Source of the DNA: a virus
Lineage: Duplodnaviria; Caudoviricetes
Length of the DNA stretch: 64,000 nt
Strand: one strand, 5' to 3'
Virus record (IMG/VR): IMGVR_UViG_3300050821_003047
Span: 1,500-65,499 of that record
Shown here: one piece after another, positions 18,453 through 28,450 of the stretch
Numbering within the stretch: position 1 is the first letter of the stretch
How the letters are laid out: each line of letters starts with the position of its first letter
Made by a program: the position numbers and the translations under genes
Notes under the pieces: generated by a model
Databases searched by the model: none
Told to the model about the DNA's origin: nothing
What the model saw: only the letters and a program-made list of their open reading frames with translations

Positions 18453-18937
18453 ACCTCTGGCGATGGCTCCGACAATCCGACCGTATCGACGCCTTGACGG
18501 AGGCGATAGAAATCCAGGTTCGCGAATCGCAAGAACGTGACCGCGAACGCGAGCAACTGGAGTCTGACTTGAGCCGTGAGCGCGCGGGTCGCATCTCTGC
18601 CGAAACGCTATCGGTCGAGCGCCGCGCCGAAGTCGAACGTCTGATAGATGAATTGAAAGGCGTTCGTTCGGAGTTAAACGGGATCGTGACGGAACGACTA
18701 AAAAGTCTCGACTCGCTCAACGTCAAGCTAATGGCCGAACGCGCAGAGGAAAAACCGCCCGACATGGCGCAGTACAAGAAATCCTTGGAGGACATGGGCA
18801 TAAACGCCGTGCGCCAGATGCGGAAGATCCACCATGGAATGGACGCGGCGATTTTGACCAAGATGCATCCTCGCTTCGCCAAAGCCGCAGGTGCGCCGAT
18901 GAACGAGTCGATGGCGGAGCACGCGGCGGCAGACTAA
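18449..18937 (+). CDS. coiled-coil protein preceding portal
   Basis: E/R-rich heptads, coupled to its neighbours. Confidence 0.65.
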   Translation: MNLWRWLRQSDRIDALTEAIEIQVRESQERDREREQLESDLSRERAGRISAETLSVERRAEVERLIDELKGVRSELNGIVTERLKSLDSLNVKLMAERAEEKPPDMAQYKKSLEDMGINAVRQMRKIHHGMDAAILTKMHPRFAKAAGAPMNESMAEHAAAD

Positions 18938-18940
18938 CCC

Positions 18941-21322
18941 ATGGAGATCCTCGGTCCTACTGCGCCCGCGCCGTCCAAGCAAGAGCTAATCGCCAAGCTC
19001 TCCAAGCCCATCGCCCGCGTGATCTCTTCGGAGATGGCCGATGAGTGTGACGTGGATAGAATTTGGATCCTGCGCAAAATCCACAAGAACCTGCTTTACT
19101 ACCGGGATCTCGCCTACTTCGCGCCAGCGCTCTACCAAGGGCTCATCGATGCCACGGGCGTAGACGGATCCGTGCTGCCCGATTCCTCTTGGCAGGGAAA
19201 CGGCGTTTACGACTATACACAAAATATTTATCGCGGCTATTGTCGCAAACTTGAGGCCGTCCTCGGCACGCGCATCCCGAACGCGATAGCCGTACCGAAC
19301 GATCCGAGTGACGAGAAAGACATTCAGGCCGCCCGAGCCGCGAACAACGCCGCTTTGTACATCCGCGAGCAGTGCGACCTTCAAGTGCAGGTTCTCTGGC
19401 TAGTTTTCTCGCTCTACAATTTCGGCACTTCGTTCTGGTCGATTGAATGGGTTGAGGATGGTGATAAATATGGCTGGAAGGACGTTCCGCAGTTAGCCGA
19501 GGAACAGACCGCTATCGGCGGCGGCACAGCTTGCCCGCAGTGTGGCGCTACGGGTGATGGGGACTCTTGCCCTGAGTGCGGTGGGGATCTATCTCAAGGA
19601 TCATATCAGCCGGCGGCCGATGTCAGCGTGCCGGGGGACTTGCCGCCCAAGCGGATGCCGAAGGGGAACCTTGAGATCGACATTCTCGACGCTAGCGAGG
19701 TTAGCGTTCCGCTCGATGCCGACGGGCGCAAGGGCGTCAACGATTGCCTCTGGATTCGGCGCGAGTTCGAGCAGCCGAAGGCGAAACTGCTTCAGAAATA
19801 CGGCGATGCGCTCCGAAATGCGATCAAAGATGGCGATAACGCCTTCGAAGATCAGTCTGCTTCGTTGCAGTATGGCGAAAGCGTCCGCAGCGCGATGGCA
19901 TCGCCGATCGGCGTCGTTCGTCCCAAGCGGGAAAACCGATGGGGCGTGATTACCGAGGATTGGACGACGGCGCAATATGAACTGCTCGACGACAAGCAAA
20001 TACGCCAACTCGCGGCGGAGAATTTCCCTGACGGCGTACGCATAACGGCCATCAAAGGCCACGTCATGGATCTTGAGGCCCGCAAGCCGATAGATCACTG
20101 GCAGGAGTGCCAGCCTGAACCCACAAAGCGCATCATGTGCGAGCCTCTCGGAGACGACTGGGTTATTACGCAGGATATTCTCAACAATATCCTCAACCAG
20201 TGCAACGAGACTATCGAGCGGTCGAACGATCCCCGATTTGCCGATCCGACGCGCGTTGACCTCGATGCGTGGCAGAGGCGCCGCGACAATCCGGGAGATT
20301 TGATTCCCGCAGTACGGCCGCCTGGCGGAACGCTGAACGATTTAATTTCGGCGCAAACGACCGTCACATTTTCCGAGCAGATTCCTCCGTTCCGCCAGCA
20401 AGTTGAGGAAACCAGCCGCGAGACGTCCGGCTTGCTCGATATTATTTGGGGCGGCGATACGACGGACCCGACGGCGCGGCAGAGCGAGTTAAAAACTAAC
20501 GCCGCCATCCGCCAGTTGTCTGTGATATGGGTTTGCATCGGAAAATCGCTGGAGCGCGTGTATGAGAAAGGCTGCAAGCTTTTAAGCGAGAACCAAGACG
20601 GTGTGCTTCAATTCTCGAAGCAAAAGGCTAACGAGTACGGGAAATTCGATTCTGTCACGGTCGCCATCGAGGATCTCAAGGGCGGAAACTTCCACTTCGA
20701 AGCAGACGAAGCGATCCCCATGACGTGGGGTCAGCAACGCGACTTGCTGATGTGGATGCTCGACAAGCCGGCAGAAATCCTGAAGGCGTGGGGATTGGAT
20801 GATCCGTTAAATATTCACGAGTTTAAGGAACTGCTTGGCATGCCCGGCATGAAGGTTCCGCATCTCGATGCTCGTGACAAGGGCATGGATATCATCGGAA
20901 AGTTGCTTAAGGATAAGCCGCAACCTGGGCCGGTGGACCCGCAGAGTGGGCAGCCAGGGCCACCACAGTCCAGCATTCAACCCGACTGGGAAGACGACAA
21001 CAAATTCATGTCGGATCTGGTGAAGTCCTACCTGACGACAAATTTCGAGTTGAAGGACGTTAATCCAGACGGATACGATAATCTGCAACTTTACGGGAAG
21101 GCGCAAGAGAAACTCGCCAACGTCCCGCCGCCGAAGCCGCCAGTCAAGGCCAGCGTTGCGGTATCGCTGAAGGGTAGTGATCTAGGGGATAATGCGGTTA
21201 CGCAGGCGCTTCAGAACACAGGTATTGAACCGCCAGGCGTTCAAGCGGCGGCGCAGGCTCCGTTGCCGAAGCCGGGGCAGATGCCGCCGCCAGTTATGCC
21301 GCAAGCGCCGGGAGTACAATAA
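18941..21322 (+). CDS. portal protein
   Basis: 793 aa between terL and scaffold/capsid. Contains DIQAARAAN, QDILNNILNQ...ERSN and TARQSELKTNAA elements, a Pro-rich C-tail and a CxxC-CxxC insertion. Confidence 0.85.
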   Translation: MEILGPTAPAPSKQELIAKLSKPIARVISSEMADECDVDRIWILRKIHKNLLYYRDLAYFAPALYQGLIDATGVDGSVLPDSSWQGNGVYDYTQNIYRGYCRKLEAVLGTRIPNAIAVPNDPSDEKDIQAARAANNAALYIREQCDLQVQVLWLVFSLYNFGTSFWSIEWVEDGDKYGWKDVPQLAEEQTAIGGGTACPQCGATGDGDSCPECGGDLSQGSYQPAADVSVPGDLPPKRMPKGNLEIDILDASEVSVPLDADGRKGVNDCLWIRREFEQPKAKLLQKYGDALRNAIKDGDNAFEDQSASLQYGESVRSAMASPIGVVRPKRENRWGVITEDWTTAQYELLDDKQIRQLAAENFPDGVRITAIKGHVMDLEARKPIDHWQECQPEPTKRIMCEPLGDDWVITQDILNNILNQCNETIERSNDPRFADPTRVDLDAWQRRRDNPGDLIPAVRPPGGTLNDLISAQTTVTFSEQIPPFRQQVEETSRETSGLLDIIWGGDTTDPTARQSELKTNAAIRQLSVIWVCIGKSLERVYEKGCKLLSENQDGVLQFSKQKANEYGKFDSVTVAIEDLKGGNFHFEADEAIPMTWGQQRDLLMWMLDKPAEILKAWGLDDPLNIHEFKELLGMPGMKVPHLDARDKGMDIIGKLLKDKPQPGPVDPQSGQPGPPQSSIQPDWEDDNKFMSDLVKSYLTTNFELKDVNPDGYDNLQLYGKAQEKLANVPPPKPPVKASVAVSLKGSDLGDNAVTQALQNTGIEPPGVQAAAQAPLPKPGQMPPPVMPQAPGVQ

Positions 21323-21327
21323 TCGGC

Positions 21328-21510
21328 ATGATACTCCCCGCTGAAAAATTCTGGAAAGCCGTAAAGCTGGGCCAAAAATGGCTGGAAGATCCAAAGACGG
21401 AGGTCTTGTACGCGCACGAGAACGGGGCCGTTATTCGCCGTGATGGCGTCACGCTTTCGGTTCGCAAAGATCCGCCAATGGCTGAGATTAAATTCGATGC
21501 GCCTGCTTAA
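21328..21510 (+). CDS. hypothetical protein
   Basis: Short tiled ORF after the portal. Confidence 0.45.
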   Translation: MILPAEKFWKAVKLGQKWLEDPKTEVLYAHENGAVIRRDGVTLSVRKDPPMAEIKFDAPA

Positions 21511-21805
21511 AACCATCGCCGCGAAAATCCTCTTCGCCCTAGCGTCTAACCCGGCGCTTGGCGGCGCATCGACGGACCCGGAGCGCGTGCTGCCGTCGAT
21601 GGTGCATGATACCGGCGATACGTTCCTCGCCGAGATGGGTGTCACGGAGGCCGCAGCGCATCGGCCCGAATATCACGCGCGCTACGCTGGCCCGCGGATG
21701 GAAATGTCGGAGCAGTTAAAGGCGATGACGGGGCGCAAGTTGGCTAACGGATGCCTCACGGCGCGGGCGGAGACGGAACGGTTTATTGCTCAGCGGACGC
21801 GATGA
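21497..21805 (+). CDS. hypothetical protein
   Basis: Tiled ORF from ATG 21497. Confidence 0.45.
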   Translation: MRLLKTIAAKILFALASNPALGGASTDPERVLPSMVHDTGDTFLAEMGVTEAAAHRPEYHARYAGPRMEMSEQLKAMTGRKLANGCLTARAETERFIAQRTR

Positions 21806-22187
21806 GCAACTCCTCCAACCGACGCCGATTAACCAATCCGGATAAAGTGTTACCCTTGGCGTCCGTCGCGTGCCGAGGATTATTAATCGTATCCATCCCG
21901 CTCAGCACCTTCTGAAGCGCTCCGGCCCCACAGTTGTATCCAAATGACACATAGGCCGTGGCGGAAAGCAGCGGCATACCGGCTACCATCGTGAACAGGT
22001 GCGCGGAATCCTCAGCGAACCATTGCTGCGCCTGATCGATGGTGCAGGTCATGCCCTCGGTGACGCCCTTCGTGTGGCCTATGCCGATGGTCCAAATGCC
22101 TCCTGAGTCGCGGTAGGCGGTGAGCCGACACCCCTCAGCGAGGGCGATAATCGATGGCGCAAGTTCCTGAACGGTGACGTCGGGCAT
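21783..22187 (-). CDS. GH24 (T4/P22-type) lysozyme, endolysin
   Basis: Catalytic E-x8-D-x5-T in AEGCRLTAYRDSGGIWTIGIGHT, plus SFGYNCG and GLVNRRRLE. GGAGA RBS before 22187. Confidence 0.92.
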   Translation of the reverse strand: MPDVTVQELAPSIIALAEGCRLTAYRDSGGIWTIGIGHTKGVTEGMTCTIDQAQQWFAEDSAHLFTMVAGMPLLSATAYVSFGYNCGAGALQKVLSGMDTINNPRHATDAKGNTLSGLVNRRRLEELLIASAEQ

Positions 22188-22235
22188 TTCTCCATTGTTG
22201 CATTTTCCACAAATACGTAATATCATCCCAATCAG

Positions 22236-23600
22236 ATGGCAGGAGTATCCGTAGGACTAGGCGATGTAGGAGCAGGCGCATCGGGTGCGCCTCCGCTCGG
22301 CGGCGCAGATGCCGAGATGGGCGCACTTCTAGGCGAGGGCTTTGACCTCGCTGGAGGAGATGCGCCCGATACGGGCGACGAAGCCGCGCCCGCTGGCGAG
22401 GCCGGAAACGACTCTGCGCCGCCTTACGAAGCGCCAGCCGAGACACCGGGCGGTGAAGCGCCCGTAGCCACTGCGCCCGGTTCCGAGGCTCCCGCTCCCG
22501 ACGTCCCGTGGAAGCTCGCTCCCGATGGGCAGTCGTACCTGATGCCCAAGGGGGATCTTGCGCGCGTTCAGGCCGCGCAGAAATTCCACGAATCCGTAGG
22601 CCAAATTTTCGCCAATCCGATGGAAGCCCAGAACGCCGCCGTTCAGGCGAGCGACATGCGGCAGATGTTCAATGATTGGCAATTCGGGCAACCGGAAGCA
22701 CTGCGTAGCGTGATGGCCCACTTGGCTGGCACGAACCATACGGACCCGACAACGCGCGCTGCCTATCAGCGCTCGTTCACGCAAATGGCGCAGATGGCTC
22801 CGGATATGCTGCGGCAGATTAACCCGCAGGCGTATACGCAGTTGGTTTCCTCGATGGGTAAGTCGTTGACTGCGCAGATGTACGAAAAAGCGGCGCAGAC
22901 GCAAAACCCTCAGGATTTGATGGACGCTCAATCGATGGATTGGGCTCTTACGGGGCAGTATCAGAAGGAATTGCCGAAGGCGGACCCAGCGGCACGCGAA
23001 CGCGCGGAGTTCGAGCGGCAACGAAACGAGTTTAACGAGCGACAAAAAGCAGCCATTAATCGGGAAGTTGACGATTTCAGCCATAATCCTCAGCACGGGT
23101 TTGAGATTGGCCCGAATGGAAAAGTTGGCAAACTTGACCAGCGAGTGGACGCCGCATTCGCGAGTACTACCGGCGGAGATCTCGCCAAGTTCAAGGCCAA
23201 ATATGGCGATGTCGCTTATGCGGACATGAAGGACGGAATCAAACGGGAGGTTGCTACGGCTCTGCGCCAGACCGACTGGTGGACTGAGCATACGCAAACG
23301 TATCAGCAACTACTGGCCGATTATCGTCTAATGCGCAGCCAAAATATGCCGGTGCATACTTTGCAGCCCCGCGTCCAATCCTACATCAACGATTTTCTTT
23401 CGCGCGCATCCCGCGTGCTGCCCGCCATTGCGCAAAAGCGCATCAACGCCACCACTCAGGCCCGTCTTGGCCGTTCCGCTTCCGCGCCTAAACCCGCCGC
23501 AGAGAACCGCCCAGCGCCAGCCCCGAATAATGGCCAGCCGCCAGCCCGCTTGACGAGCGATCAATGGGACAAAAGGCTTGCGGAGGCAATGCGAGTTTGA
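22236..23600 (+). CDS. capsid scaffolding-like protein
   Basis: Acidic disordered N-terminus and helical body, immediately upstream of the capsid gene. Confidence 0.6.
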   Translation: MAGVSVGLGDVGAGASGAPPLGGADAEMGALLGEGFDLAGGDAPDTGDEAAPAGEAGNDSAPPYEAPAETPGGEAPVATAPGSEAPAPDVPWKLAPDGQSYLMPKGDLARVQAAQKFHESVGQIFANPMEAQNAAVQASDMRQMFNDWQFGQPEALRSVMAHLAGTNHTDPTTRAAYQRSFTQMAQMAPDMLRQINPQAYTQLVSSMGKSLTAQMYEKAAQTQNPQDLMDAQSMDWALTGQYQKELPKADPAARERAEFERQRNEFNERQKAAINREVDDFSHNPQHGFEIGPNGKVGKLDQRVDAAFASTTGGDLAKFKAKYGDVAYADMKDGIKREVATALRQTDWWTEHTQTYQQLLADYRLMRSQNMPVHTLQPRVQSYINDFLSRASRVLPAIAQKRINATTQARLGRSASAPKPAAENRPAPAPNNGQPPARLTSDQWDKRLAEAMRV

Positions 23601-23693
23601 TTCGTTGACGGTGATTCCTTCCCATCGACGTGCTACCCGCTAGGCCCATCCAAGCTCTAGTCCACCCTTAAATCTAACCCTGAAGGGGGACTC

Positions 23694-25067
23694 ATGAGCA
23701 TTACTGCTCAGACAGCGAACGTAATTCCAGCGATGTTGGAGCAGGTTCGCCCGAAACTCAGTTATTTTCTCGCGCAGAAGCAGTCCAAGTTCGCCAATCT
23801 TTTCAATAAGCAGGCGGAAAAGCATCAGGTCTCCGCGTTCACCGATGCGGCGTCTGGCGGATCTCCGACGTACACCGCCGGCGGTCCCGTCCTCGCTTGG
23901 CGCGTTCCCGTCCTCCTGAACATCGGCGGCGACTACCAAGCGATCTCACTGGACGGCGGCGATCTCGGAACCGGCAGCATGATGAACTCGGCCTTCATGG
24001 CCTTCGGGACGTTCGAAAACGATCTCGGGTTCAACCTGCCTTTGCGCGCTATTTACGGCAGCAAGGACGCGAAGCAGGCCATCACCAACGCTCTCCAATT
24101 CACGCTCGGCAAGGCGATCTCGGAAATGGCGCTCTACAACGAGATTGGCCTCTTCCAGGATTCGACCGGAACGCTTGCCCAAGCGAATGGGACCGGATCC
24201 CCCGTTATCTCGGGTGGCAAGGTTACCTACAACCTGGAGTCCACTTTTGCCTATAACCGTATCCGCGGCAATAACCAGCTTGTAGACATCTACGACACGA
24301 ACAACCTGCTTCAGTTCGTTGGCGCGCGTGTCAGTAACATCAATTTCGCGTCGAATACGATCACGCTATCCGGCGTCTCGACGTACACGCCGGCGAATAC
24401 GGATCAGATCATGTTTCCCAACATGGGACTCGGCGCGGCGCGTACCACTTACACTGCGGCCGCCGGATCATGGCGGAACGGGATCTATACGTTCAACACG
24501 TCCTCGACGTCTGGCTCTCTCGGCGGACTGTCCTATTCCACGGCGTATGAAATGGCCACGCCGGCCGTCAACGGGCAATCAGGCTTTTATACCCCGTCGC
24601 TGCTTTACAGCGGCAAGAGCCAACTCATCCAGCGGCGCGACGAGGAAGCCTACATGGGCGTAATCGGCGTCTGCCATCCCGCGCAGCGCGTCTCCTGGTA
24701 CCTCCAAGGAATCACGATCTCCAATTGGTTCCGCGGCCCATCGGACAAGATGATCGACATCGCTCCGAAGGGAACAGACTACGGCGATACCTTCATGGCC
24801 GGCGACGTGACCCACTACGTCAGCCGTTACGCGGGGAAGGCGCGCGTTGACTGGCTCGGGCCTTCGAATTTCGGATGGACGCAACTTGCGGACATCGATT
24901 TCGTGCAAACCCCCGAAGGACAGCGTATCTTCATGGGCCGATCGGCCAGCACCGGAAATCCACAGGCCGGCTTCCAGTTCTATATCGTCAACACGCGCCA
25001 ACTTTACAGCGTAGACCCCGGATGCGCGGTGATCTACTACTCGCTCGTGATCCCAACGGGGCAATAG
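23694..25067 (+). CDS. major capsid protein
   Basis: 457 aa. Assigned by position after portal/scaffold, strong codon bias and RBS. Fold is inferred. Confidence 0.75.
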   Translation: MSITAQTANVIPAMLEQVRPKLSYFLAQKQSKFANLFNKQAEKHQVSAFTDAASGGSPTYTAGGPVLAWRVPVLLNIGGDYQAISLDGGDLGTGSMMNSAFMAFGTFENDLGFNLPLRAIYGSKDAKQAITNALQFTLGKAISEMALYNEIGLFQDSTGTLAQANGTGSPVISGGKVTYNLESTFAYNRIRGNNQLVDIYDTNNLLQFVGARVSNINFASNTITLSGVSTYTPANTDQIMFPNMGLGAARTTYTAAAGSWRNGIYTFNTSSTSGSLGGLSYSTAYEMATPAVNGQSGFYTPSLLYSGKSQLIQRRDEEAYMGVIGVCHPAQRVSWYLQGITISNWFRGPSDKMIDIAPKGTDYGDTFMAGDVTHYVSRYAGKARVDWLGPSNFGWTQLADIDFVQTPEGQRIFMGRSASTGNPQAGFQFYIVNTRQLYSVDPGCAVIYYSLVIPTGQ

Positions 25068-25077
25068 GAGGAGAAAA

Positions 25078-25449
25078 ATGCAAAGAGTATTCGCAACGAC
25101 TGTACCTCTTGCCGCATCGGCGGTTCTTACCGGACCGTGGACGTCTCTCGCCACCTTCTCTGTTGCTCAACCTTTACCTATGGCTGCGTCTGGAGGGGGT
25201 GGAGTGGGCGGCCAGCCGACGCTTTCCGGTTCGGTATTTTCTAACCAAGCGGGGAGCGTAGTCCTGCAACAGACGGACAATCCCAACAACACAAACCTAA
25301 CCAAAGTCTTGAGCACGACTGCGGTTGTCGCCAGCACATTGCTGACGATTACGCCCGTTAACCCCACTGCGCTTTACTGGCGCGTCGTGTATACGAACGG
25401 GAGCACGATTCAGACGACATTCGAGTTGTATATCGACTTGATAACGTAG
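25078..25449 (+). CDS. putative capsid decoration protein
   Basis: Small T/V-rich beta protein directly after the MCP, with a strong RBS and followed by a hairpin. Confidence 0.5.
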   Translation: MQRVFATTVPLAASAVLTGPWTSLATFSVAQPLPMAASGGGGVGGQPTLSGSVFSNQAGSVVLQQTDNPNNTNLTKVLSTTAVVASTLLTITPVNPTALYWRVVYTNGSTIQTTFELYIDLIT

Positions 25450-25453
25450 GAAC

Positions 25454-25482
25454 ACGCGGGGCCGCCATAAACGGCCCCGCGT
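25454..25482 (+). terminator. perfect 11-bp GC hairpin after the capsid genes
   Basis: ACGCGGGGCCG-CCATAAA-CGGCCCCGCGT. Weak U-tract. Abuts a -10-like TACTCT. Confidence 0.6.
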
Positions 25483-25496
25483 TATACTCTGACAAG

Positions 25497-26048
25497 ATGC
25501 TGAAATTAGTCATACTCGCTCTGCTGGCCGGGCCGATGTTCGGCCAAAACGGTCAGATGGTCAATCAGGTCAGCGGCTCCCCGCCGAATTCCGTCGTTCA
25601 GCAGTTGCAGTATTCCGGATCGACGCTGGAGGCGGTTTGTTATGGGCCAGCGCTCAACCCGCTTACGACATTCTATAAATCCAGCAGCACCCTGACGAAT
25701 ATCGCCGTATCCACCGGCACTGCCACAATCACGTTCTCCAGCACCTCATACCTCTGGCAAGGGGCTCAAATTACGGTAGCCGGGTCGGCGACGACGGCGC
25801 TCAACGGTTCGTACCGGGTGACGGCTGTTTCCGGATCGACCGCCACGTTTACCACGGCGGCGGTAGACGGAACGTATACCGATGCTGGACTGACCGTATC
25901 CACTACCGCTCCGCTCCTGAACGCCAAAGTGTGGGCGATCCAAATTCTCGTCTACAGTGGGGCGAATTTGATTAACACGTATTGGGCCGGGGTGCCATCG
26001 GTCACGCCCGCCAATGGGTTGATTTGTTCGAATTGGGCGAGTTACTGA
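25497..26048 (+). CDS. signal-peptide-bearing beta-domain protein
   Basis: MLKLVILALLAGPMFG/Q. Carries the internal tail beta-module GAQITVAGS..ALNGSYRVT. Confidence 0.75.
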   Translation: MLKLVILALLAGPMFGQNGQMVNQVSGSPPNSVVQQLQYSGSTLEAVCYGPALNPLTTFYKSSSTLTNIAVSTGTATITFSSTSYLWQGAQITVAGSATTALNGSYRVTAVSGSTATFTTAAVDGTYTDAGLTVSTTAPLLNAKVWAIQILVYSGANLINTYWAGVPSVTPANGLICSNWASY

Positions 26049-26335
26049 TGAAGGCATCGATTGTCCGACTCCTGCTCCGCGTGCTCAATAGCCAGTGGCT
26101 GAATCCCTCTCCGTGCCAATACGGATTCATCGGCAACGTTGATGCATTCAGTTATTCCAGCCTAGCCAGCGAAGAGAAACAAAAACCTGGCATTACGGTT
26201 AAGGAAGTTCTCCATCAAGCCGATCTGTTTCGTTCATGCCCGATTGGCAGAGGAGTTCAGGTACTCGAAAACGAGGAATGGAGAGACGCGAACGTTTGGG
26301 ATCTCCACGAGTTGAAAAACATGGGTAACCGATAA
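26048..26335 (+). CDS. hypothetical protein
   Basis: TGATG coupling with the upstream gene. Confidence 0.5.
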   Translation: MKASIVRLLLRVLNSQWLNPSPCQYGFIGNVDAFSYSSLASEEKQKPGITVKEVLHQADLFRSCPIGRGVQVLENEEWRDANVWDLHELKNMGNR

Positions 26336-27025
26336 ATGGATACCCTGTTGCTCCACAACCTAAACCAACTCCTTGGCCGCGAACTGGGGCGCCACGGGGA
26401 TCGATCCATTTTCGCGTGGAAACATTCGGACGAGTTATTCTGGCCTGCTTTCCAGGCCGGCGAGACGACGCGGGAAAAGCGGGAACTCAAGATCCCCATC
26501 ATCGGCGGTGGCGAAGAGACATGTGTCGAGGAACTCGTTGTTCCCGTCTACCGCAAAGACCGGCAAGTCCGCAACTCGGCGTGGTACGTCACGAAGCTCC
26601 TGACGCCAACGGAGCTTATCTGGGGATGGATCGGGAAGCACGGCGATCCAGTGCCGGATGGCCGCGCGCCGCGCGATGAAGAACTCATCGGCATTTGGAA
26701 TGCGCGATTCCCTGGCGCAGATTTCCCATCTCGCGGATGGCGCGTGCCGACCGACGCCTGCTTGCCGCGATTCGAGGGCGGCCCGCGAGAGCCAAATTTG
26801 GCCGATACCGAGGACTTCATCGCCTGCATTCGCGAGCAAACGCGGCTATCATTCTCGCTGCGGCTGGATGACATGCTCCAGTACGAGGACAGGAAGTCAG
26901 ATGAGCAACGGCGCGAGATCGAGGCCGCCGTGCGGGATTCGTTCCCCGCATTTCTCAACCCGGCCATCGGCAAGCGCAGCAATTTTGTTTCGTTTCCGTG
27001 GAGTAGGAAGGACAGGTTAAACTAA
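26336..27025 (+). CDS. hypothetical protein (late region)
   Basis: 229-aa tiled ORF. Confidence 0.7.
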   Translation: MDTLLLHNLNQLLGRELGRHGDRSIFAWKHSDELFWPAFQAGETTREKRELKIPIIGGGEETCVEELVVPVYRKDRQVRNSAWYVTKLLTPTELIWGWIGKHGDPVPDGRAPRDEELIGIWNARFPGADFPSRGWRVPTDACLPRFEGGPREPNLADTEDFIACIREQTRLSFSLRLDDMLQYEDRKSDEQRREIEAAVRDSFPAFLNPAIGKRSNFVSFPWSRKDRLN

Positions 27026-27030
27026 GCCGT

Positions 27031-27375
27031 ATGATGCAAGCAAACCAGCAGATCAACGAACCGACCCTAACAGGTGCGGTTCAGCAGATTCACGATCACA
27101 TCGCACTTGCGGAGCAACGATTAGCGATACTGCGCGGTCATTTTTGGGGCGAAGGGGAAAGCGGAAGCAATCGCCCTATGCCTACAACCCTCCGTGGCAT
27201 GATCGATGACATCGGCACTCGGCTAGCGTCTCTGTGCGGTGATCTGGCAACGATAAATCAGCGTGTCGGATGCACGCCGGAGCCGAATATGTCATTGCCT
27301 ACGTCACTTGGACTCGCGCAAGGAATTGTCAGCGGCTCCTCTAACGCAACGCAGAACTGGCAACCCCAGAGGTAA
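27031..27375 (+). CDS. hypothetical protein
   Basis: Tiled ORF, helical. Confidence 0.55.
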   Translation: MMQANQQINEPTLTGAVQQIHDHIALAEQRLAILRGHFWGEGESGSNRPMPTTLRGMIDDIGTRLASLCGDLATINQRVGCTPEPNMSLPTSLGLAQGIVSGSSNATQNWQPQR

Positions 27376-27377
27376 CC

Positions 27378-28106
27378 ATGGCTCAATACATCCCCGACGT
27401 CAGATTCATCGCCTCGATCTACCCCGGCGTCCTGCCGACGATTCGCCGTCACTACGGCCCCAGCCGCCAGAGCGAGGGCGTTGGCGCGCAGCGATCGACG
27501 GCGTTCACCCTCCAGCCCGTCGCGCGCGGCAAGAAGCCGTTCGTGCTGCCGCTCTACGACTCGTTCGAGAACGTGCTCGATATCGTTTCGCTATCCAGCA
27601 TGGGAAACAAGGCAGAAAAGCCGCGCCTGCCCAAGCCCGTGCCGGTGGAAACCATCGTGGCCGATCTGCTGAAGGAGTGGACGGGTGGATTGTTCAACGT
27701 GCCACAGGGTGCCATGCCGGGAGTCATTGAGATTCGACCCATGAAGGTCGAACTGGAAAAGTGGGAAAAATCCGGCACGCTTCCCGGCGCTACGGTGTCC
27801 GAACTTGACCAGATGGAGACGCAGCAGACTTTGTATTTCGAGTACCTGTTCACCGAAGGCGAGCGACTGCACAAGCAGAACAACTGGAAGGAAATAACCG
27901 ACACGATGCGGACGGCCGCAGAGTGGCTGGGCCATGAGCGAGAATGGAGCCATCGCGCCATCGCGCGTGACAGTGGCCCATGCCCGTGGTGCCAAGCCAT
28001 CGTTCCCAATATCGCCATCGTCTGCAATACGTGTGGCCGCCAGGTGCGCGAGACGCCGCCGCATTTGGCGCACCTTGAGAAGCCCAGTGCGGCGCTAAGG
28101 CCATAA
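27378..28106 (+). CDS. protein with C-terminal zinc ribbon
   Basis: CPWC...CNTCG. Confidence 0.7.
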   Translation: MAQYIPDVRFIASIYPGVLPTIRRHYGPSRQSEGVGAQRSTAFTLQPVARGKKPFVLPLYDSFENVLDIVSLSSMGNKAEKPRLPKPVPVETIVADLLKEWTGGLFNVPQGAMPGVIEIRPMKVELEKWEKSGTLPGATVSELDQMETQQTLYFEYLFTEGERLHKQNNWKEITDTMRTAAEWLGHEREWSHRAIARDSGPCPWCQAIVPNIAIVCNTCGRQVRETPPHLAHLEKPSAALRP

Positions 28107-28107
28107 C

Positions 28108-28437
28108 ATGCTCTGTCCAAACTGCGATGGAATGCTGAACGCGACGGGATGCCAAGCTTGCGGCTGGAAGTTCGGAGATCCGCACGTGCGGGATGAACGG
28201 GTATTCCCGTTCAACGCGCGGGCGCAATACCCGGAGGGGGTTGCCAAGGGTATCGTCCGGTTTGCCAATCGGGCGGATACTCCAGACGTCCCGCACGAGG
28301 AGGCCAGGGAGGCTGCTACCGTTCCCGTCGTATCTGCGGCTCCGGACCCGGCCTTAAGCGCGCCAGACCCAACGGCGGGTGTTCCTGCCACCGCCAAGCC
28401 AAAACCACGTAGCAAGGGCGACGTGACAATCCAGTGA
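28108..28437 (+). CDS. small Zn-ribbon protein
   Basis: CPNC...CQACG at the N-terminus. Confidence 0.55.
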   Translation: MLCPNCDGMLNATGCQACGWKFGDPHVRDERVFPFNARAQYPEGVAKGIVRFANRADTPDVPHEEAREAATVPVVSAAPDPALSAPDPTAGVPATAKPKPRSKGDVTIQ

Positions 28438-28450
28438 ACCGTTAAATGAC

